From assembly GCA_965237475.1 (NCBI GenBank), contig OZ250140.1, positions 2,597,877-2,661,876 of the forward strand: a stretch of DNA of 64,000 nucleotides, read 5' to 3'. The number at the start of each line of letters is the position of its first letter. The first letter of the stretch is position 1. This document shows, in pieces, positions 56,797 through 64,000 of this stretch. A model generated the notes under the pieces. The model worked only from the letters and a program-made list of their open reading frames with translations. It did not search any database and was not told where the DNA came from. Source of the stretch: Dehalococcoidia bacterium. GTDB lineage: Bacteria > Chloroflexota > Dehalococcoidia > Bin125. Position numbers and translations under genes: made by a program.

Positions 56797-58605
56797 TCAG
56801 GCTTTGAACCACATGTCCTCCAGCGACGGCGCGGGCGCAAAGGTCTGGATGAACTGCACGCCGGAGAGTTCGGGACGCGCGATCTGGGAGACGGGGCCGT
56901 TGACCCACGGCACCGAATACATCTTCTCGGCGATGTGCAGCTGTAGGTCGTAGAGCAGCGCCTTGCGCGTCTCGACGTCACCCTCGGTGCGCTGTTGATT
57001 GAGCAGCTCCAACAGACGCGGGTCCTCGCCCATCAGCTCGCCGTTCGGGATCGGGCTGCGCGGGCTGTCGGGGATGAACACGTTGCGCAGCGCCTCGTCG
57101 GGTTCAATCGACGCAACCGAGAGGGTGTGGCCGATCACTCCGGTGGTGCTGCCGTTGAAGATCGTCGAATAGTGGACGGTGGGCTCGTTGACGACCAAGT
57201 CGAGCTCAATGCCGACATCGAGCAGATTGGCCTGGACGACCTGCGACTGCTCGGCGAAGATCGGCCCGTACGCGGTCGTGGTGTGGAACGGTACCCCGCT
57301 GAGTTCGTCAACGCCGGCGGCGTCGAGTAGCTGCCGCGCTTTGGCTGGGTCGTAGCGGTAGAACGCTCCGAGCGCGTCGTCCTTCTTGGGGTCGACCCAC
57401 CAGCCGGCCAGCGGTGGCAATGCGGTGCTCCACTGGCCGGTCTCGAGCGCACCGCCGACGGCGAGGATCGAGTCGCGGTCGATGGCGACAGAGACCGCCT
57501 GGCGCACGCGTGGGTCGGTGAAGGGCTCGAGGGCGAGGTCGGGGAAGATGCCGCCGATCACGAGGCTGGGCTGGATCTCCCAGGTCGCGGCGGGGATGCT
57601 CTCTTCAAGCTGCTCCACGATTGGCGCCGCCACTCCGAACCAGGTCGTGTTGAGCTCGCCGGAGATGAATGCAGCGGCGATCGCCGAGTTATCGCTGAGG
57701 AAGTTGATCACCAGCGAATCCGAATAGGGCTTTGGAGCGTCGAAATAGTTCGGGTTGCGCTTGTACACGACGCGCGAGCCCGGCTCGTATTCGTCGATCA
57801 GATACGGTCCGGCGCTGATCATCGTCGTGCGCGACATCTCGTCAATGAGCAGTTCGGGCGGCATCACGTAGGGCCCGGCGTGGTGCCCCAGATAGAGCAG
57901 GAACGGGGCCAGCGGGCCGCTCAGGTCGAAGCGCACGGTGCGATCGTCGGTGGCCTCAACGCCGGCCAGGCTGGGTAGAATCGCGCCGCGGTTGGGGTAG
58001 CCCTCGTAACGGTCGCCGGCGTAGGAGAAGGCGACATCCTCCCCCGTCACGTTGCGCCCGTCGACCGGCGAGCGGTCCTCCCAGACCGCGTTGCCCTTGA
58101 TCGTGAACAGATAGGTCGTGTCGTCGGGCTGCTCATAGGACTCGGCCAGCCAGAGCTCGGGCTGGAAATCGATCGACGACTGACCCGGCTCATTGGAGAA
58201 CTGGGTCAGCATCGGATAGCAGTTGTGGTTGTGCAGGAAGGCCTTGTAGCCGAAGGTCAGGAAGCCGTCGAAGGAGGCCAGGTCGGCGCCGTCGGAGATG
58301 CGCAGCTCGCCCCCGATCGGCGGCGTGTCGTCGCCGGCCTGGGCGACGGCCGCCTGCTGCTGCGGTTGTTGCTGGGCCTGTTGTTGCGCGGCCGCGGGCT
58401 GGGCCTGCTGCTCAGCCTGTTGGGCCTGCTGCTCGGCCTGCTGCGCGACCTGGGCCGCCGCGGGTTCGCCGTCGTCGTCATCGTCGCCGCAGCCGACCAG
58501 CGCGAGCGCGCTCGCGCCCAGCCCGGCCGACGCCGCTCCGCGCAGCACCGACCGTCGAGACAGTCGTCGCGTCCGCATTCGGGACCAGTAGTTTGTGCTC
58601 GCCAT
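56797..58605 (-). CDS. ABC transporter substrate-binding lipoprotein, SBP family 5 (peptide/nickel), with a Tat signal and a Gln/Ala-rich linker
   Basis: RRLSRRSVLRGAASAGLGASALALVGC (twin-arginine plus lipobox); low-complexity (AEQQAQQ)n tract after the signal. Confidence 0.75.
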   Translation of the reverse strand: MASTNYWSRMRTRRLSRRSVLRGAASAGLGASALALVGCGDDDDDGEPAAAQVAQQAEQQAQQAEQQAQPAAAQQQAQQQPQQQAAVAQAGDDTPPIGGELRISDGADLASFDGFLTFGYKAFLHNHNCYPMLTQFSNEPGQSSIDFQPELWLAESYEQPDDTTYLFTIKGNAVWEDRSPVDGRNVTGEDVAFSYAGDRYEGYPNRGAILPSLAGVEATDDRTVRFDLSGPLAPFLLYLGHHAGPYVMPPELLIDEMSRTTMISAGPYLIDEYEPGSRVVYKRNPNYFDAPKPYSDSLVINFLSDNSAIAAAFISGELNTTWFGVAAPIVEQLEESIPAATWEIQPSLVIGGIFPDLALEPFTDPRVRQAVSVAIDRDSILAVGGALETGQWSTALPPLAGWWVDPKKDDALGAFYRYDPAKARQLLDAAGVDELSGVPFHTTTAYGPIFAEQSQVVQANLLDVGIELDLVVNEPTVHYSTIFNGSTTGVIGHTLSVASIEPDEALRNVFIPDSPRSPIPNGELMGEDPRLLELLNQQRTEGDVETRKALLYDLQLHIAEKMYSVPWVNGPVSQIARPELSGVQFIQTFAPAPSLEDMWFKA

Positions 58606-58764
58606 GTGTTGCCTCCGTCATCTGGTCGCGCGATTCTAGAGCGACTGGCGCGACTGCGTTGCGTGCGGCGCGGACTGGTGTTCCAGAATCGCGTGCCACC
58701 GAGGATAACGGGCGATGCCGCAACGAGACCCTACGACCGGGCGATCATCGACAGGCTGATGCTG

Positions 58765-58990
58765 CCAAGCATCCTCTGAACGATTCGGATCCCCTCTCCC
58801 CCCGCAGGGCGGGGGGAGAAGGTCACGGAGTGACAGGGGTGGGGCGCTTGGCCAGAGAAAGCCACGCCGGTGAGTCGGCACCGCGGCCCCCCTCTGCCTG
58901 CGGCATCTCCCCCCGCAGGGCGGGGGGAGAGGGGATCCGAATCGGCTCTCCCCCGGGACAGCGGGGGGAGAATCGTTCAGAGCTTTGCTA
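58765..58990. repeat. REP/MITE-like repeat cluster (family A; three TCTCCCCCCGCAGGGCGGGGGGAGA-type hairpins)
   Basis: Directly visible palindromes; GTCACGGAGTGACAGG also seen at 3358-3785. Confidence 0.8.
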
Positions 58991-59038
58991 GGGCCGTGGC
59001 AGGATCCCCCGGATTCGGATTCGAGGACGACTGCGGCG

Positions 59039-59950
59039 CTACTCCCGCTCGAACGTTTCGAAGTAGCGCGTTTTGAGGGTCTTCTGATTCTCGTAGATCG
59101 AGCCCTGCTTGGGGGCCGCCGGCAGCGGCAGGTAGGCCGGCACAGCGGTCTGGCGCGGCTGCTCGACGTGCTCGCCGGCGCACATCAGGCCCTTGTAGGA
59201 GTCCAGCGTCGCGTTGCCCAGGCCCTGGATCGGCCAAGCGTCGGCCGCGGCGTAGCTGAACAGCAGCAGACGGCGCGGATTCTCGGAGCGATTGAGCGCC
59301 GAACCGTGCATCGTGCGCACGTGGTGGAATGAGACCGAGCCGGCCGGGCCCTCGAGCGAGACGAGGTCGCGCTGCATGTCCCAGTCGAACTCGCTGGGCT
59401 CGACCGCGCCGGTGAAGTAGCGGCCCTCGGGGTGATGGTGATCGTAGATGTGGCGCTTGTGCGAGCCGGGCACGACCAGCAGCGGGCCGTTCTGCTCGTA
59501 GCAGTCGTCGAGCAGGACGCCCGCTGCGAGCAGGTCGTCGTTGGTGTGCGGGTAGAACGGCCAGTCCTGATGCCACTCGACGGGCGCCCCGTACTGGGCC
59601 TCTTTCATGTTCAGCTTGTCGCTCTGCAGCCGCACGTTTGGGCCGATCAGGGCGGTCACGACCTCCATCAGCGCCGGATGCTGTGCCAGTTCGCGGAAGA
59701 ACGGCCAGTGCACGTGGGGCGTCTTCAGCCGGCGGACGCGCGGGTCATCGGGCGTGTGCGAATCCTCGAGGTCGTAGCGGGCGTCGTGGTCGGTCAGGCC
59801 GGCCGCCTCCGAGACGATCCGGTCGGTTTCGTCGCGCAGCGCCTGCAGCGTCTCGTCGGGCAGCAGGTTCGGGATCAGCAGGTAGCCGTTCTCGTGGTAG
59901 AACTCGACCTGCTCGGGGGTGACGCTCGGCTTGATCGCAGCGGTGGTCAT
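59039..59950 (-). CDS. Phytanoyl-CoA dioxygenase (PhyH) family Fe(II)/2-oxoglutarate oxygenase
   Basis: ...WHQDWPFYPHTNDD...; HxD...H spacing. Confidence 0.7.
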   Translation of the reverse strand: MTTAAIKPSVTPEQVEFYHENGYLLIPNLLPDETLQALRDETDRIVSEAAGLTDHDARYDLEDSHTPDDPRVRRLKTPHVHWPFFRELAQHPALMEVVTALIGPNVRLQSDKLNMKEAQYGAPVEWHQDWPFYPHTNDDLLAAGVLLDDCYEQNGPLLVVPGSHKRHIYDHHHPEGRYFTGAVEPSEFDWDMQRDLVSLEGPAGSVSFHHVRTMHGSALNRSENPRRLLLFSYAAADAWPIQGLGNATLDSYKGLMCAGEHVEQPRQTAVPAYLPLPAAPKQGSIYENQKTLKTRYFETFERE

Positions 59951-60027
59951 GGCATCTCCTCAGCTCAGGCGCATTGTAAGCGATGATCAGGCCGCGCATC
60001 GGGCGCCGCAGGGCTTAGACTGCGCGC

Positions 60028-61653
60028 GTGTACGAGCATCCGATCCGCTGGGAATCCCGACGTTCGCCGATCCTGTCGACGCGCGGCGCCGTGGCTTCGA
60101 GCGAGCCGCATGCCACGCTGGCCGGCATCACGGCGCTGCAGGCCGGCGGCAACGCGGCGGACGCCGCTGTGGCGACGGCGGCCGCGCTGGCCGTGACTGA
60201 GCCGATGTCGACGGGAATCGGGGGCGATTGTTTCTGCCTCTTCTACCGCGCTTCGGACGGCGTGGTGGATGCGGTGAACGGCAGCGGGCGCAGCCCGCGC
60301 GCGCTGACGCTGGAGTTGGCATGCAGTGGGGAGGGCTTCGAGCGCTACGGACCGCACTCGGTGACCGTGCCCGGGACGATCGCGGGCTGGGCCGACACGT
60401 TGGTGCAGTTCGGACGGATGCCGTTGGCCGACGTGCTCGCGCCGGCGATCGCGCTGGCCGAGGACGGCTTCCCCGTTTCGCCGCTGATCAGCAACGGCTG
60501 GCGGCGCCTGGAGGAGCTGCTGACGAGCAAGGGCCCGGCCGGCGGCGACCTGCTGATGAGCGATGGCAAAGCGCCGCGCGCCGGCGAAGTCTGGCGTAAC
60601 CCGCGGATCGCGCGCGTCATGCGCGCCGTCGCCGAGGGTGGTCCCGACGCCTTCTATTGCGGCGAACCGGCGAAGCGGATCGTCGAGGCGCTCGAGCTGC
60701 ACGGCGGCTACATGGCGCTTGAGGACCTCAGCGCCCACTGCTCGACCTTCGAGGCCCCGCTCTCGACCACGTACCGCGACCACAGCGTCTACGAATGCCC
60801 GCCCAACGGGCAGGGGATCACGGCGCTGATGGCGCTGAACATCCTGGAAGGCTGCGACATCGCCTCGACCGCGCCTCGCTCCGTGGAGGCGCTGCACCCG
60901 ACCATTGAGGCGATCCGGCTGGCCTTCGCCGACGCGCGCGCCTACATCGCCGACCCCGCGCGGGCCGATGTGCCGATGCAGGCGATGCTGAGCAAGGAGT
61001 ACGCAGCGGAGCGACGCAAGCTGATCAAATCGGATGCGGCGATGGAGCTGGCGACCGCGGGCGAGCTGCCCGGGGCTTCTGACACCGTCTACCTCTGTGC
61101 CGTCGACGGCGAGGGCAACGCCTGCTCGTTCATCAACAGTAACTACGAGGGCTTCGGCAGCTGCATCGTGCCGCGCGACTGCGGCTTCAGCCTGCAGAAC
61201 CGCGGCGCGGGCTTCGCGCTCGAGCCTGGCCACCCAAACGTGCTGGAGGGCGGCAAGCGCCCCTATCACACGATCATGCCCGCGATGCTGACGCGGCCCG
61301 ACGGGTCGCTGTTCGCGGCGTTCGGCGTGATGGGCGGCTGGAACCAGCCGCAGGGCCACACGCAGGTTGCGATCAACCTGATCGACCGCGGGATGGACCC
61401 GCAGGCGGCGATCGACGAGCCGCGCTTCTCGATCTACGCCGACCCGCCCAACGGCGACATCTGGGTGGAGGACGGCATCCCGGTCGCGACGATCAGCGCG
61501 CTGGCGCAGCTCGGCCACCCCGTCCGCCCAGCCTCAGGCGCGCTGCGCGCCGGCTCCGTCGGCAAGGGCCAGATCATCGTCCGCGATCCCGAGACGGGCG
61601 TCCTTTGGGCCGGCTCCGACCCCCGCTCCGACGGCTGTGCGATCGGCCTCTGA
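60028..61653 (+). CDS. ggt: Gamma-glutamyltransferase-family protein
   Basis: PMSTGIGGDCFCLFY; DTVYLCAVD with the Thr nucleophile; GGxxQ. Confidence 0.75.
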   Translation: MYEHPIRWESRRSPILSTRGAVASSEPHATLAGITALQAGGNAADAAVATAAALAVTEPMSTGIGGDCFCLFYRASDGVVDAVNGSGRSPRALTLELACSGEGFERYGPHSVTVPGTIAGWADTLVQFGRMPLADVLAPAIALAEDGFPVSPLISNGWRRLEELLTSKGPAGGDLLMSDGKAPRAGEVWRNPRIARVMRAVAEGGPDAFYCGEPAKRIVEALELHGGYMALEDLSAHCSTFEAPLSTTYRDHSVYECPPNGQGITALMALNILEGCDIASTAPRSVEALHPTIEAIRLAFADARAYIADPARADVPMQAMLSKEYAAERRKLIKSDAAMELATAGELPGASDTVYLCAVDGEGNACSFINSNYEGFGSCIVPRDCGFSLQNRGAGFALEPGHPNVLEGGKRPYHTIMPAMLTRPDGSLFAAFGVMGGWNQPQGHTQVAINLIDRGMDPQAAIDEPRFSIYADPPNGDIWVEDGIPVATISALAQLGHPVRPASGALRAGSVGKGQIIVRDPETGVLWAGSDPRSDGCAIGL

Positions 61654-61948
61654 GGCTTCCGCTCTGCACGCCGGCGGTGAAGGGCGAGGGCAACCACAAG
61701 GGTTTGCCCCTACAGGAGGCGTCGTGGCCCGCACGAGGAACGATGCGATCGCACAACATCTGCGTGTCGGGGCAGCCCTTGTGGCTGCCCCGTCCTGGTC
61801 TGGCGGCGTTGGTCACGAAGCGACGCCGAGAAGTGCCAAGCGGGCCTTGGGCGACGCCGTCGTGATCGGATGCAAACCGCTTCGTCGCCGAGACGGTCGC
61901 TGCCTTTGACTCGCTATCTTGAGGCCGAGTCTGGATGAGGAGGAGCAC

Positions 61949-62284
61949 ATGCCGAAGATTGCGATCGCCGTGCTCGGTGGCTCGGTGGTCGAGGGCTACT
62001 CTGCTCCGGTGGGCAGCCACTGGCGGTTCTCCATCGCCGGTGGGGATAGTCTCGATCTGCGCCGCGCGGACCTCCCCCAAGACCATACCGTCCAGTTTGG
62101 GTTCGCCACGCTGTTCGGCTCATGCAAGGTCCGAGTTCCCAAGGGCACGAAGGTGGACCTCGGCGGCTTCGTGCTGATGGGCGGCAACAGCTCGAAGGTG
62201 CAGCCTGGCGACGGCGAGACGAATAACAGCATCTCTATCCGGTTCTACGCACTGGCCGGTGGAGTCAGCGTCGAAAGCGACTAG
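61949..62284 (+). CDS. Hypothetical small protein (~111 aa), Gly-rich beta-type
   Basis: ORF with AGGAGG-like RBS (gaggaggagcacATG); no confident family. Confidence 0.35.
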   Translation: MPKIAIAVLGGSVVEGYSAPVGSHWRFSIAGGDSLDLRRADLPQDHTVQFGFATLFGSCKVRVPKGTKVDLGGFVLMGGNSSKVQPGDGETNNSISIRFYALAGGVSVESD

Positions 62285-62359
62285 CCAAGGCGACTGAGTC
62301 GGAGCCGTGTTCTGGGACGACATGGGGCGACAGGCCCGCCCGCGCAGACCGTCGGCCGG

Positions 62360-63124
62360 CTAGCCCCGGCCGAACAGCGGCATCTTGGTGGCCATCACCG
62401 TGAGGAACGGCACGTTGGCGTCGAGCGGCAGCCCGGCCATGTAGACGATCGCCTGGGCCACGTGCTCGACATCGAACGTGGGCTCGGGCACGATCTGACC
62501 GTACGGCTGCGGCATCCCCTGACTCATCCTCGCCGTCATTTCGGTTGCCGCGTTGCCGATGTCGATCTGCCCACAGGCGATGTCGTACTTACGACCGTCG
62601 AGCGATGTCGACTTGGTCAGCCCCGTCAGCGCATGCTTGGTCGCGGTATAGGGCGCGGAGTTGGGCCGCGGCCGGTCGGCCGAGATCGAGCCGTTGTTGA
62701 TGATCCGTCCGCCGCGTGGGTCCTGGTCCTTCATGATCCGGATCGCCTCCTGCGTGCAGAGAAACGACCCGGTGAGATTGAGATCGACGACCTGTTGCCA
62801 TTGGTCCAGGGTCAGGTCTTCCAGAGGCAGTGGCGGCGCGCCGCCGCCCGCATTGTTGAACAGCAGGTCGAGCCGCCCGTACTCCTCGCGCACCCGCGCG
62901 AATAGCGCCGCCACCGAGTCCGCAACCGTCACGTCGGTGGCGACGGCCAGCGTCCGCGCCGCATCCGCGCCGGCCAACTGTTGGGTCTCTTGGAGACGCT
63001 CCACGCGCCGGCCCGCCAGCACCACCGCCCATCCGTGGCGGAGCAGGGCCAGGGCCGACGCCCGGCCGACGCCGGTCCCCGCACCCGTCACGACCGCCAC
63101 CGGGTTCGTTGTCGCGTCTGTCAT
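62360..63124 (-). CDS. Short-chain dehydrogenase/reductase (SDR)
   Basis: [14 protein letters not shown] (TGxxxGxG); YTATKHAL (YxxxK); start trimmed to the ATG at 63124. Confidence 0.75.
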   Translation of the reverse strand: MTDATTNPVAVVTGAGTGVGRASALALLRHGWAVVLAGRRVERLQETQQLAGADAARTLAVATDVTVADSVAALFARVREEYGRLDLLFNNAGGGAPPLPLEDLTLDQWQQVVDLNLTGSFLCTQEAIRIMKDQDPRGGRIINNGSISADRPRPNSAPYTATKHALTGLTKSTSLDGRKYDIACGQIDIGNAATEMTARMSQGMPQPYGQIVPEPTFDVEHVAQAIVYMAGLPLDANVPFLTVMATKMPLFGRG

Positions 63125-63906
63125 ACCGCTGTCCCTTCGCTTGCTTGCGCTGCAGCGTTTGTCACACCGTAGGACCGCGCCCAATCGAGTCCCGCCAGCG
63201 TTCCGTCGCGCGGCCGGTACTCGCAACCGACCCAACCGTCGAATCCCAACTCGTCGATCAGCGACAGGATGAACGGGTAGTTGATCTCCTGGCCCGCATC
63301 GGGCTCATGGCGGCCGGGCACGCCGCTGATCTGGAAGTGGCCGATCACGTCGAACTGAGCGGCGATCGTGTCCGCCAGACGGCCCTCCATGATCTGCATG
63401 TGGTAGCAGTCGTACTGCAAGCGCACATTCGCACGCGCGACCTGGTCAATGATGCGCCGGGCCTGGGCGCTGCCGGTCAGGAAATAGCCGGGGTTGTCGA
63501 CCGTGTTCAGCGGCTCCAGCATGATGCGGACGTCATGCGCCGCCGCCGCGTCGGCCGCCCAGCGCACGTTGTCGACGAACGTCGATTCGGCTACGGGGTC
63601 ATCGGTGCGTCCCGCCAGGCAGTGCAGCTGCTCGCAGCCCAGCGCGGCCGCGTACTCCAGCGCCGTGGCCATCCCGGCCCGGAAGGCGTGCTGCTCGCCC
63701 GGCACGGCCGCCAGCGCGACGGGGGTGTTGATCAGCACTGCCTGCAGCCCCGTGTCGCGTAGCCGCTCCGCCAGCCGCTGCGCCGGCTCCGTGTAGGGCG
63801 CCTGAATCTCGACCGCCCGGAAGCCCGCAGCGGCCGCGAGCGCAAATCGATCCAGCAACGGGGCTTCCTGGAACATCCAAGACACGCTCGCGGCGAGGGC
63901 TGGCAT
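63121..63906 (-). CDS. hyi: Hydroxypyruvate isomerase-like sugar-phosphate isomerase/epimerase (xylose-isomerase-like TIM barrel)
   Basis: [25 protein letters not shown]...; 4-bp overlap with the SDR gene suggests an operon. Confidence 0.65.
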   Translation of the reverse strand: MPALAASVSWMFQEAPLLDRFALAAAAGFRAVEIQAPYTEPAQRLAERLRDTGLQAVLINTPVALAAVPGEQHAFRAGMATALEYAAALGCEQLHCLAGRTDDPVAESTFVDNVRWAADAAAAHDVRIMLEPLNTVDNPGYFLTGSAQARRIIDQVARANVRLQYDCYHMQIMEGRLADTIAAQFDVIGHFQISGVPGRHEPDAGQEINYPFILSLIDELGFDGWVGCEYRPRDGTLAGLDWARSYGVTNAAAQASEGTAV

Positions 63907-64000
63907 GGCGGCATGCTAGGCGCTGTTCGCAGCCAACGCAGGGTGCAACAGTGAGCGCGAGCTGGATGAAGCCGAGGAAGACGACATGCAGGTCGCCGAG

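Noticed and set aside
58257-58481. Gln/Ala/Leu-rich tandem-looking DNA (CTGCTGCTGCGGTTGTTGCTGGGCCTG...) as a regulatory repeat
   Set aside because: It lies inside the substrate-binding-protein CDS and encodes the low-complexity (AEQQAQQ)n linker after the Tat/lipobox signal. It is a coding low-complexity tract.

Overview
High-GC (~70%) bacterial chromosomal segment. The first ~10 kb, the 38-42 kb stretch and the last ~20 kb look like ordinary metabolic housekeeping. Recognisable genes there include: LLM-class F420/flavin-dependent oxidoreductases; alpha/beta hydrolases; an S9 peptidase; ketopantoate reductase; a MaoC hydratase pair; enoyl-CoA hydratase; two family-III CoA-transferases; an aminotransferase; an acyl-CoA carboxyltransferase; an OatA-like acyltransferase; Dpp/Opp-type ABC peptide transporter genes; gamma-glutamyltransferase; a PhyH dioxygenase; an SDR; and a hydroxypyruvate isomerase.

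The core of the window (about 10.7-37.9 kb) is not housekeeping. It is an island of paralogous genes for secreted or surface proteins, all on the minus strand. Three observations define it:
- A 2460-aa giant protein combining leucine-rich repeats, an InlB-B-repeat-like Ig domain, FN3-like modules, an M23 (LytM) peptidase domain and 13 tandem copies of PPPCGGEGQPAC.
- A previously unrecognised ~150-aa two-cysteine domain (DRCxTPTDxDCIRAVYKGAPDDY ... QITVVTAA ... VGTTYTFT ... PELGDVVVTT). It occurs 8 times in 6 genes, including a back-to-back tandem array of four genes, and is co-encoded with a metzincin protease.
- Three decayed gene fragments and a near-identical 1.1-kb segmental duplication, which show the island is actively duplicating and recombining.

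Other notable items:
- An OsmC/Ohr-like peroxidase ORF interrupted by an in-frame TGA exactly at the peroxidatic cysteine. This is a candidate selenoprotein, or otherwise a pseudogene.
- Two overlapping toxin-antitoxin-like gene pairs (RelE/ParE-like and PIN/VapC-like), each with an unusually large upstream partner.
- An IS30-family insertion sequence that sits inside a repeat cluster and overlaps the stop codon of the neighbouring gene.
- At least two families of palindromic intergenic REP/MITE-like repeats in six clusters, including an 88-bp minisatellite and a hairpin whose stem shows compensatory changes around a conserved TCAATG loop.

No rRNA, tRNA or bona fide CRISPR array was recognised.
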